Positions 1 to 8,086 of a DNA stretch of 10,228 bases are shown one piece after another. Position 1 is the first letter of the stretch. Each line of letters starts with the position of its first letter. This stretch comes from an uncultured Verrucomicrobiales bacterium (GTDB taxonomy: Bacteria; Verrucomicrobiota; Verrucomicrobiia; Verrucomicrobiales; DEV007). The DNA lies in assembly GCA_938091905.1 (NCBI GenBank), contig CALKOM010000175.1, forward strand, positions 1 through 10,228. Direction: 5' to 3'. The notes under the pieces were generated by a model. That model saw nothing but the letters and a program-made list of their open reading frames with translations. It made no database searches and had not been told where the DNA came from. Position numbers and translations under genes: made by a program.

Positions 1-48
1 GCGCAACTTGGCCCACGTAGCCGAATCAATAAGATATTTGTCAGTCAT
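1..48 (-). CDS. Possible 5' end of a gene running off the left edge (MTDKYLIDSATWAKLR...), product unknown
   Basis: ATG on the - strand at 48-46 and 16 open codons to the window edge; divergent from the next gene. Too short to assign; YLIDS..W loosely resembles PIN-domain N-termini. Confidence 0.3.
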   Translation of the reverse strand, partial: MTDKYLIDSATWAKLR

Positions 49-397
49 AGAAGTGGATCTGCAAGCGCTATATATCACCATCGTGAACTGACAGTCAATG
101 AGTTAGTGCTCTAAGCGAATTAATGGATTAGCCCTAGAAGACCGTCAACGCGAGTTTCACCGCGAGGCTTAATGGCCAGTGGATTCGCCGCAATGTGGAG
201 ATCTCGGGGGCCACTGGATTGGGCGACAAAGAGACGGACTCACCAGGTATACTACGGCGACAAGAACACCAACCCCCGGTAGAGTTCTGCAATTCCTGGG
301 TCAGCGACAGCGGTTCGCCAACACGTCTCAACAGCTACGACCCGCGCAAGAAGAAATAGGATTGGCGATTATCTCGCAGTTCCACTTCACTACGGCT

Positions 398-1393
398 ATG
401 CAACGACTCGTATGGATCATCGTGGTGCTTTTCGCCGGATCATCAATCAAGACGGTAGGCGAGGACCATAACTTAGCCAAAGAAACGGAAGTCCAGCCCG
501 TTTTCCATGTTGCTGAAGGATTGAATGCCGACGGCTCTTTGGTGGCCAATTACAAGAGAGGGCTGAACTACGCCATCGACTACTTCGGCAACTATGGACC
601 TTACTATATCTATTTGCTAGGGGCTGAGAGTGAGGCGAGTGTGAGAGCCATTTATCGAGAACGCGCGAAGAGCCGAATCGATCCGAATGAAGCGGAGCCT
701 GCCGAGAAGCAGATCGCCTCGTATCTCGCACAGACCAACGTTGTTGAGGAAATGAAAGCCGTCCTCAATGGCAAAGCAGAGGGTGGGCTAACCTGGAGCC
801 AATCGCCGGTTCGCGTGTATGAAGACGTCACTACCAATGCCACTGGACGCGAGCGGGATCCGATTGAGAACACGTGGGGCGCGCTGCATGAGTACCATCA
901 CGTTTTTCAGATCGCTCATTGCGATACGTCTCAAGAGCGGACATCTGATCGTCATTTCTGCTCATGGATGGCGGAAGGCATGGCGACCTACAGTTCTGCC
1001 AAGTTCATGGAGAACCTAGGGTTAACGGATTTTAAGAACTACATGTTAGAATTGAAGACCGCTGGTGCCAACATCGGAAGGCCCGGCATCAATGAGTTCT
1101 TGTCTGAGGGCAAGAAGGTTCGATTGGATGATGAAACGTATTGGGAGAAAGGAAATTCGGCTCAGGTCTATTACATGTTAGGAGCCTGGGCGACGGCCTA
1201 CCTCATTCATGAGTTGGGTGTTGATGAGAAGACTGTTCTGAAGGGCTGGTACGCGGATATCCTACCCTTGGGAAAGTCGGCGGCGTTTGAGAAACACATG
1301 GGTTTGGCGCTTGAGGCGTTTTATGGACGGTTTGATGGGTTTATCAGGCAATCGGATGAAGTCGTGATGCGCATCTTCGACCGCGCTCGCTGA
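398..1393 (+). CDS. Secreted gluzincin-like (clan MA) zinc metallopeptidase, uncharacterised
   Basis: ORF 179..1393. ATG at 398 preferred because it gives MQRLVWIIVVLFAGSS (signal-peptide-like) while the upstream 73 codons look non-coding. HEYHH (HEXXH) at 887-901 and WMAEGMATY with a candidate third ligand Glu at 974-976, followed by a YYMLGAWATAYL helix typical of this fold. Confidence 0.8.
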   Translation: MQRLVWIIVVLFAGSSIKTVGEDHNLAKETEVQPVFHVAEGLNADGSLVANYKRGLNYAIDYFGNYGPYYIYLLGAESEASVRAIYRERAKSRIDPNEAEPAEKQIASYLAQTNVVEEMKAVLNGKAEGGLTWSQSPVRVYEDVTTNATGRERDPIENTWGALHEYHHVFQIAHCDTSQERTSDRHFCSWMAEGMATYSSAKFMENLGLTDFKNYMLELKTAGANIGRPGINEFLSEGKKVRLDDETYWEKGNSAQVYYMLGAWATAYLIHELGVDEKTVLKGWYADILPLGKSAAFEKHMGLALEAFYGRFDGFIRQSDEVVMRIFDRAR

Positions 1394-1446
1394 TTGGAGG
1401 GTGAGGGAATGTTGACATTGGCGTGTGGCGAACAAGGCTATTGGGC

Positions 1447-2769
1447 ATGAAGAGAATTGCTTTGTTGGTATCGGTAACTCTTGGAGTGGCATCTGCGGCT
1501 GATTGGCCACAGTGGATGGGCGAGGAGCGCGATGGGATTTGGCGGGAAGCGGGGGTGCGTAAGGACTTGCCCAGGGACGGCGGCAAGGTGCAGTGGAGAG
1601 TGCCGGTGAGTTACGGTTATGCCGGGCCTTCGGTGGCAAAGGGCAAAGTCTATGTGCCCGATTTCGTGATGGCGGACGACGACTTTGATGGCAAGTCACA
1701 GAGTGCCCATCCTCGCAAAGGCAAGGAGCGTATTCTCTGTCTCGACGCTTCGGACGGGAAAGTGCTGTGGAAACACGAGTATGAAGTCACCTATAACATT
1801 TCTTATCCAGGTGGTCCACGGGTGACGCCTACCGTTATTGATGATCAGCTCTACTTTCAGGGCACCATGGGGCATCTCATGTGTCTCGATGCCAACAACG
1901 GAGACGTTGTGTGGCAGCACGACATTTGTAAGTTGTATCAATGTGAGCCACCGCGCTGGGGTTACTCCTCGCATCCCTTGGTCCATGGCGATTTGGTGTA
2001 TGGGGTGGCAGGCGGGGATAACCAGGTGTTAGTTGCGTTCGACAAGAAATCCGGTGAAGAACGATGGAAGGCTCTGAGTGCCAAGGAAGCCGGTTATTGT
2101 CCGCCTCGTGTTTTTAAACAGGCAGGCGTGGAACAGTTGTTGTTCTGGCATCCTACGGCGGTGGTTTCTCTGAATCCGACGAACGGGCAGTCTTATTGGT
2201 CCGTCGACCTGGAGCCCGTCTATAGCATCTCGCGCATGAGCCCTCGGCAGTGGGGCAACAAGCTTTACGTCGCAGGCCCGGGCAAGCAAGTGGCTGTGAT
2301 GCTAGAGCTCGACGAGCGGAAGCCTGCCGTAAGTGAACTCTGGCGAGGGGCGATCGACAAAGCCGTCTATCCGTTGAACGCGCCTCCTCAAATGAGGGAT
2401 GGCGTCATCTATGGAGTGGACAGCGAAAGCAGCGCCTTGATTGCCGTATCGATGAAAGATGGCGAGCAACTCTGGAGTACTACGGAGGCTAGCCTCGCCC
2501 CGGAAACGAAGAAGAAGGCCCGTCATGGCACGGCCTTTCTGGTCTATCACGAGCCGAACAAGCAGTACTGGCTCTTCGGTGAGATGGGCGATCTTATCCT
2601 AGCAGAACTTTCCGCTTCTGGTTACAAAGAGCTTGGCCGCCAGAACATTCTTGCACCCACCAACGGCGCCTGGGGGCGCAAGGTGGTGTGGACGCATCCT
2701 GCGTTCGCCGAGAAGTCAGTCTTTGCGCGCAATGACAAAGAACTGGTCCGGGTCGATCTGTCAGAGTAA
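1447..2769 (+). CDS. Secreted PQQ-binding-like (BamB-like) beta-propeller repeat protein
   Basis: ATG 1447 gives signal peptide MKRIALLVSVTLGVASA|ADWPQWMG. Repeated blade motifs LDASDGKVLW, LDANNGDVVW, FDKKSGEERW, LNPTNGQSYW, VSMKDGEQLW, and a C-terminal WTHPAFAEKSVFARNDKELVRVDL, characteristic of the family expanded in PVC genomes. Confidence 0.92.
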   Translation: MKRIALLVSVTLGVASAADWPQWMGEERDGIWREAGVRKDLPRDGGKVQWRVPVSYGYAGPSVAKGKVYVPDFVMADDDFDGKSQSAHPRKGKERILCLDASDGKVLWKHEYEVTYNISYPGGPRVTPTVIDDQLYFQGTMGHLMCLDANNGDVVWQHDICKLYQCEPPRWGYSSHPLVHGDLVYGVAGGDNQVLVAFDKKSGEERWKALSAKEAGYCPPRVFKQAGVEQLLFWHPTAVVSLNPTNGQSYWSVDLEPVYSISRMSPRQWGNKLYVAGPGKQVAVMLELDERKPAVSELWRGAIDKAVYPLNAPPQMRDGVIYGVDSESSALIAVSMKDGEQLWSTTEASLAPETKKKARHGTAFLVYHEPNKQYWLFGEMGDLILAELSASGYKELGRQNILAPTNGAWGRKVVWTHPAFAEKSVFARNDKELVRVDLSE

Positions 2770-2800
2770 GCGCGCCACGTCGCCAGTCGTTCGAGTTTCT

Positions 2801-2841
2801 GGCTGCTGTGACGGCCTCGCTCCTGGTGTAGCCGTGCAGCC
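2801..2841 (+). terminator. GC-rich bulged hairpin downstream of the beta-propeller gene (possible terminator or mRNA stabiliser)
   Basis: GGCTGC 2801-2806 pairs with GCAGCC 2836-2841, and ACGGC 2811-2815 with GCCGT 2831-2835. No U-tract follows. Confidence 0.3.
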
Positions 2842-2862
2842 CCTCCACGCGGGCGAGAGTTC

Positions 2863-2868
2863 TATAAT
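2863..2868 (+). promoter_or_regulatory. Candidate sigma70 -10 element for the metalloprotease gene
   Basis: Perfect TATAAT about 120 bp upstream of ATG 2988 in an intergenic gap; no recognisable -35 at canonical spacing. Confidence 0.3.
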
Positions 2869-2987
2869 CCCCATTCATGGGATTCCCTTTGCCAGCGAGA
2901 CCTAGAATTCGGATAGTCTTACCAATGGTCATGTACGGTCGCATTGATGCGCTAGTCGTGACAGAAAGGCTTCGTTAATTCCTGAGA

Positions 2988-5498
2988 ATGAAAGACATGA
3001 ACAGCAGAAACTCACAACGGCGAATCGGAAATTGCCTTCGGATTACACTCGCAATTCTTGCCTGGGCAAGCTGCCCTGCCCAAGAAGTCGACGACGAGAA
3101 GGCACCGAAGACGATAGAATCTAAGACCAAGTCGCTTACACGCACCGACGGCTACTTCAGCTATTACTGGGATGCTCGTGAGGGTAAACTTTGGCTGCAC
3201 ATCGATCGTTGGGACGAAGAGTTTCTTTACGTGTCTTCGTTAGCTGCTGGAGTTGGTTCCAATGATATCGGGCTTGATCGCGGGCAGCTCGGCCGGTCGG
3301 CGATCGTACGATTCGAGAGAGTCGGGCCAAAGGTGATGTTGATAGAATCGAACTACGCATTCAGGGCATTGAGCGAGAACGAGGCTGAGGGGCAAGCCGT
3401 GAAAGAGGCCTTTGCCGAGTCGACTCTTTGGGGGTTCAAGGTAGCAGCTGAAGAAGGTGATTCAGTCCTGGTGGATGCAACCGAGTTCTTTCTTCGGGAC
3501 GCCCACGGGGTTGCGAGAGTACTAAAGCAATCGGAACAGGGGGCCTACAAGATGGATACCTCGCGATCCTCGCTCTACCTCCCGCGGACCAAGAACTTCC
3601 CAAGAAACACTGAAGTGGAGGCCACCCTAACATTTGTAGGCGAGCCGAAAGGAGGGTTTATCCGCAGGGTTGTGCCCTCGCCGGAAGCGGTCACGATCAG
3701 GCAGCATCATTCATTCATCGAGTTGCCGGACGGCAACTATGAACCGCGTCCTTACGATCCACGCGCGGGGTTTTTCAGTACCTCCTTCATGGACTTCGCA
3801 ACACCGATCGACGAGCCCATCGAGAAGCGATATCTTGCCCGACATCGGTTGAAGAAGAAAGATCCAGCGTCGGCTGTAGGGGAGCCGGTGGAACCGATCG
3901 TCTACTACTTGGATCCTGGCGCACCGGAGCCGATTCGATCGGCATTGCTTGAGGGCGCCCGTTGGTGGGAGGCAGCCTTTGAAGCTGCAGGGTATCGAGG
4001 AGCCTTTCGCGTCGAGATGCTACCTGACGGTGCGGATCCCATGGACGTTCGCTACAATGTTATTCAGTGGGTGCATCGCTCGACCCGCGGTTGGTCGTAT
4101 GGGGCTTCAGTGCGGGATCCGCGGACGGGAGAGATCATCAAGGGACACGTGACGCTGGGATCGCTACGTGTCCGGCAGGATTTCTTGATCGCGGAGGGCT
4201 TGCTCGCACCTTACGAAGTCGGAGCAGAGAAGAATCCGGCCATGCTCGAATTGGCGCTTGCTCGGTTGCGTCAACTTTCAGCTCACGAGGTCGGACATAC
4301 CCTTGGACTTGCGCACAATTTCGCGTCCAGCGTTAACGGCCGCACTTCCGTGATGGACTACCCTCACCCACTCGTAAAGCTCCGAAGCGATGGCGCGATC
4401 GATGTCTCCGACGCTTATTCGGTGGGCATCGGCGAGTGGGACAAAGCGGCGATCGAATTTGGCTACCGGGATTTTCCAGAGAGCGCCGATGTGGCCGCAG
4501 AACTCAAGCGAATGATCGCAGAGTCAATCGCCGATGGCCATGTATTCATTTCCGATGCGGACGCGCGAGCGCCCGGTGGAGCACATCCAGCGGCCCACTT
4601 GTGGGACAACGGTGCGAATCCTGCCGAAGAGCTGCAGCGCGTGATGGCCGTTCGCGCCGCTGTGCTCAAACGATTCGGAGAACGTAATATTAGGCCTGGT
4701 GCTCCAATGTCGACTCTGGAGGAGGCGCTCGTCCCAATATACTATTATCATCGCTACCAGCTTGAGGCGGCTGCGAAGCTCGTTGGCGGCGTTGACTATC
4801 GCTATGCCTCACGTGGCGACGGGCAGAAGGTCATCGAGGTTCTCGCACCTGAACTTCAGCGGCAAGCGATCCAATCCATCCTCGCGACGTTGACACCGGA
4901 ATCCCTCGCACTGTCCGATTCCATTCTGAATTCGATTCCACCAAGGACCTTCGGGACATCGCGCGGACGTGAAACGTTCTCGACGCGAACGGGGGTGACA
5001 TTTGATCCGATAGCGGCAGCAGAAACGGCTGCCGGCATGGCCATGCGCCTGTTACTCCACCCACAGCGTGCGACACGTCTCGTTCAGCATCACTCACAGA
5101 ATGCCGACAACCCGAGTCTGCGCGATCTAATCAATCGACTGTTAGGGCAAACGTGGTGGAGTTCTCATGAAGAGAGTTCCGCGGGAGAACTCGCACGGGC
5201 TGTCGATGGCGTTGTTCTCCACCAATTGATGGACCTGGCTACAGCAGAGAGCGCCTCGCATCAGGCACGCGCCGTGGCGTTCACCGCAGTAAAGGATCTG
5301 GGTAATTCACTGGAGCATCGGTTCAGTCGCGATCTGAATCCTTCGCAACGGGCCCATTGCACCTACGGGGCCGCTCAGATCGAGCGCTTCTTGCGCGATC
5401 CCACTCGTCCGAAACCTCCCGCACCGCCGCGACCGCCGGATGGCTCGCCGATAGGGATGTGCTGTGACGTGACCGGATCAATGTGTCAACATCACTGA
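2988..5498 (+). CDS. Secreted zinc-dependent metzincin metalloprotease (DUF5117 + DUF4953/EcxA-like zinc-binding domain type)
   Basis: Extended zinc motif HEVGHTLGLAH at 4284-4316, Met-turn SVMDY (Met 4353-4355), family motifs PIVYYLD, DPMDVRYNVIQW, DPRTGEIIKG and C-terminal PPDGSPIG. Hydrophobic N-terminal leader. Start could be 2988 or 2997. Confidence 0.93.
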   Translation: MKDMNSRNSQRRIGNCLRITLAILAWASCPAQEVDDEKAPKTIESKTKSLTRTDGYFSYYWDAREGKLWLHIDRWDEEFLYVSSLAAGVGSNDIGLDRGQLGRSAIVRFERVGPKVMLIESNYAFRALSENEAEGQAVKEAFAESTLWGFKVAAEEGDSVLVDATEFFLRDAHGVARVLKQSEQGAYKMDTSRSSLYLPRTKNFPRNTEVEATLTFVGEPKGGFIRRVVPSPEAVTIRQHHSFIELPDGNYEPRPYDPRAGFFSTSFMDFATPIDEPIEKRYLARHRLKKKDPASAVGEPVEPIVYYLDPGAPEPIRSALLEGARWWEAAFEAAGYRGAFRVEMLPDGADPMDVRYNVIQWVHRSTRGWSYGASVRDPRTGEIIKGHVTLGSLRVRQDFLIAEGLLAPYEVGAEKNPAMLELALARLRQLSAHEVGHTLGLAHNFASSVNGRTSVMDYPHPLVKLRSDGAIDVSDAYSVGIGEWDKAAIEFGYRDFPESADVAAELKRMIAESIADGHVFISDADARAPGGAHPAAHLWDNGANPAEELQRVMAVRAAVLKRFGERNIRPGAPMSTLEEALVPIYYYHRYQLEAAAKLVGGVDYRYASRGDGQKVIEVLAPELQRQAIQSILATLTPESLALSDSILNSIPPRTFGTSRGRETFSTRTGVTFDPIAAAETAAGMAMRLLLHPQRATRLVQHHSQNADNPSLRDLINRLLGQTWWSSHEESSAGELARAVDGVVLHQLMDLATAESASHQARAVAFTAVKDLGNSLEHRFSRDLNPSQRAHCTYGAAQIERFLRDPTRPKPPAPPRPPDGSPIGMCCDVTGSMCQHH

Positions 5499-5547
5499 AG
5501 TTTGGCGGCATTAATCTCAACCGACCAACGAGTTTGCGAGACCATTG

Positions 5548-8025
5548 ATGAACAAGCATTTCCCCATTCCCGTATCGTTCCTGCAAGCCTGTTGTGTCGT
5601 CCTCAGCCTTGGTTTGGGCGCCTTTGCCGCAGATCGGCCTAACGTCCTCTTCATCGCCATCGATGATCTCAATCATTCCGTTGGCGCACTCGGAGGTCAT
5701 CCCAAAGCGTACACGCCTAACATCGACCGGCCTGCCGAACGTGGCGTCCTCTTCACCAATGCTCACTGCGCCGCCCCTGGCTGCAATCCTTCTCGCACGG
5801 CCATCCTGACAGGACTCTTCCCAACGACTACTGGGGTCTACGTAAACCACGATGACTGGCGTGTCATGAGCTCTGTTAGGGACACGCTTACGCTACCAGA
5901 AGCTTTCCGCAAACAAGGCTATCGCTCCGTCGGTGCTGGCAAGATTTATCACGCTCACACCATTCACCCTGACGGATTTGCAGGTTTCCACGATCCCACG
6001 TCATGGGATGCCTACTTCCCCTCTTGTAACCGCCAGCTCCCTGACGAAAGCACTCCAGATTCCTTTCCGGCGAACGAGAATCCAGGATATTACAACGGCT
6101 TCTTTGATTGGAGCTCCCTCGACATTGACGATGACGCCATGGGCGATGGCCAGGTGGTCCAGTGGGCATCGGAACAACTCACGGAGTCACACGAGCAACC
6201 GCTCTTCCTCGCCGTCGGTATCTATCGACCGCACATCCCTTGGTACACACCAAAGGATTATTTCGACAACTATCCACCTGAAAAAATCACGCTCCCGGAG
6301 GACACCAAAGAAGATCTTCAAGACCTCCCACAAGCTGGTCGCGACATGACCAGACAGGGGTGGCACCAATGGGTCACCGATCACGATCATTGGGAGGACG
6401 CTGTTCAAGCCTACCTCGCTTCCGCTACCTTTGCTGACGCCATGGTAGGCCGTCTTCTGGCCGCGTTCGACGCGAGCCCCATGCGCGATAATACCATCAT
6501 TGTCCTCTGGTCAGACCACGGCTATCACCTGGGGCATAAGCAACATTGGGAGAAATTCGCGCTCTGGGAACAGACGACCCGCGTGCCGCTCATCATCTCC
6601 GGACCTAACATCCCCCAAGGAGCTCGTCGCCAAACGTCCGTCAGCCTAGTTGATCTCTACCCAACCCTAGCAGAGCTCTGCCAGCTTAGACCGCCAACCA
6701 AGCTTGATGGCGAAAGTCTCGTTCCTTTTCTAAAGGATCCAAAGGCGACTGCAGAACGCGTTGCCCTCATCACACACGGGCGCAATAATCACGCTGTCCG
6801 CTCCCAACACTGGCGCTATATCCATTACGCCGACGGCGCTGAAGAACTTTACGATCATCGTCAGGATTCTCAAGAACGCCACAATCTCGCCAACCATCCA
6901 GAGCATGCGGATATCATCGTCCAACACAGAACCCATCTGCCCAAGGCACAAGCACCCGACGAAGGCTACCGGAAGAAGAAATCCACGCCCAAGAAATCCG
7001 GTGAGCAATGGGCCATCGTTTCGCTCAAAGGGAATCAGCAACTCGCTCTCCATGCCCTGGACGACTCTCTAGGCACTCTCACCCTACGCAGCAAGACGGA
7101 CACCAACGGCAAGCCTGCCTCCATCGCCGTCGCTCCAAATGGACGAAACGTCTACGTCGCCTTGCATACCTCGAATGTAATCGCATCGTATTGCTTAGAA
7201 GACGATGCCACCCTCACACTCTTAAACGAGAGCCTGATCGGTCACGCGGCTTCCTACGTCCAGGTCCATCCTAACGGCCGTTACCTTGTCAGTTCTTACT
7301 ACGGCAGTGGCAAAGCGGCGCTCCACCAGATTCGCGAGGACGGTAGCCTCGAACACAAAGCCGTGCAGTTCCTCGATGTTGCCTCCCACGCGCATGCCGC
7401 TGTTTGGGATCACCAAGGTCACCACGCCTTCGTTCCCCACACGCGACCGAACACCATCACTCAGGTTCGTTTCGATCCACAAAGCGAACGCCTGCTTCCA
7501 AGCCCGAATGCCCAACTAGAACGCGAAGCCAACAGCGGCCCTCGCCACCTTTGGTTCCACCCACACTGCGACGTCGCTTACAGTAGTGACGAACAAGGCT
7601 GCAGCATCACCTCTTATCATTTCGATCCTCGCAGAAGCACCCTCACGAAAGCCGAAACCCAGTCTTCTCTGCCACCCGAAGGCTATGCGGGCGAGAAGAA
7701 GTCCACCTCCGATATCGAAGTCCATCCATCTGGGAGATTCGTCTACATCGCCAACCGCGGCCACAACAGTCTCGCCGCCTTCGCCATCGACCCTAGCGAT
7801 CGCACGAAACTCACGCTCATCAGCCACGCCTCGACAGAAGCTGTCCCACGTTCATTCAACATCGCTCCAAACGGCAAGTTTATCGTCGCTGCCGGACAAC
7901 AGACCGGCAAACTCGCTGTCTACCGGATTCAGGAGAACGGATCCCTTGAACACACCAGCACCCTCGATGCTGGTAAATCACCCGCCTGGGTTCAAATCGT
8001 CAGCAAGCCTGCGGACAGCAATTAG
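5548..8025 (+). CDS. Secreted S1 (formylglycine-dependent, Cys-type) sulfatase fused to a C-terminal Pgl/YbhE-like 7-bladed beta-propeller lactonase
   Basis: Signal peptide ending AFA|ADRPNVLFIAIDD. Sulfatase motifs DD (5662-5667), CNPSRTAILTG (5782-5814), GKIYH, RPHIP, SDHG (6511-6522), EELYD, resembling iduronate-2-sulfatase/choline-sulfatase-like enzymes. After a Lys-rich linker (about 6967-7002) come lactonase motifs HAH (7387-7395), GPRH (7537-7548), SDE (7585-7593), DIEVHPSGRFVYIANRGHNS and PRSFNIAPNGKFIVAAGQ. Confidence 0.92.
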   Translation: MNKHFPIPVSFLQACCVVLSLGLGAFAADRPNVLFIAIDDLNHSVGALGGHPKAYTPNIDRPAERGVLFTNAHCAAPGCNPSRTAILTGLFPTTTGVYVNHDDWRVMSSVRDTLTLPEAFRKQGYRSVGAGKIYHAHTIHPDGFAGFHDPTSWDAYFPSCNRQLPDESTPDSFPANENPGYYNGFFDWSSLDIDDDAMGDGQVVQWASEQLTESHEQPLFLAVGIYRPHIPWYTPKDYFDNYPPEKITLPEDTKEDLQDLPQAGRDMTRQGWHQWVTDHDHWEDAVQAYLASATFADAMVGRLLAAFDASPMRDNTIIVLWSDHGYHLGHKQHWEKFALWEQTTRVPLIISGPNIPQGARRQTSVSLVDLYPTLAELCQLRPPTKLDGESLVPFLKDPKATAERVALITHGRNNHAVRSQHWRYIHYADGAEELYDHRQDSQERHNLANHPEHADIIVQHRTHLPKAQAPDEGYRKKKSTPKKSGEQWAIVSLKGNQQLALHALDDSLGTLTLRSKTDTNGKPASIAVAPNGRNVYVALHTSNVIASYCLEDDATLTLLNESLIGHAASYVQVHPNGRYLVSSYYGSGKAALHQIREDGSLEHKAVQFLDVASHAHAAVWDHQGHHAFVPHTRPNTITQVRFDPQSERLLPSPNAQLEREANSGPRHLWFHPHCDVAYSSDEQGCSITSYHFDPRRSTLTKAETQSSLPPEGYAGEKKSTSDIEVHPSGRFVYIANRGHNSLAAFAIDPSDRTKLTLISHASTEAVPRSFNIAPNGKFIVAAGQQTGKLAVYRIQENGSLEHTSTLDAGKSPAWVQIVSKPADSN

Positions 8026-8086
8026 AGGTCGCCAGGAATTGAGTTTGTTCTTAGGAATGTTGAGCCACTCAATCGCCTGGGCTGAG

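Noticed and set aside
54..224. Recurrent TGGAT words at 54, 124, 180 and 215 as a repeat array or CRISPR
   Set aside because: Only 5-6 bp are shared and spacing is irregular (70, 56, 35 bp).
179..397. 73-codon N-terminal extension of the first ORF from GTG 179
   Set aside because: Low-quality Arg/Gln/Thr-rich sequence overlapping an inverted repeat; ATG 398 places the signal peptide at the N-terminus.
2857..2910. Purine riboswitch (TATAAT...ATGG in a junction-like fold)
   Set aside because: Lacks the GTTTCTACC and CCGTAAA/GACTA core, and the downstream gene is unrelated to purines.
3012..3080. Tat motif (SQRRIG) or lipobox (WASC) in the metalloprotease leader
   Set aside because: Neither fits consensus (S/T-R-R-x-F-L-K; [LVI][ASTVI][GAS]C). 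Ordinary Sec/SPI cleavage is simpler; SignalP would be needed to decide.
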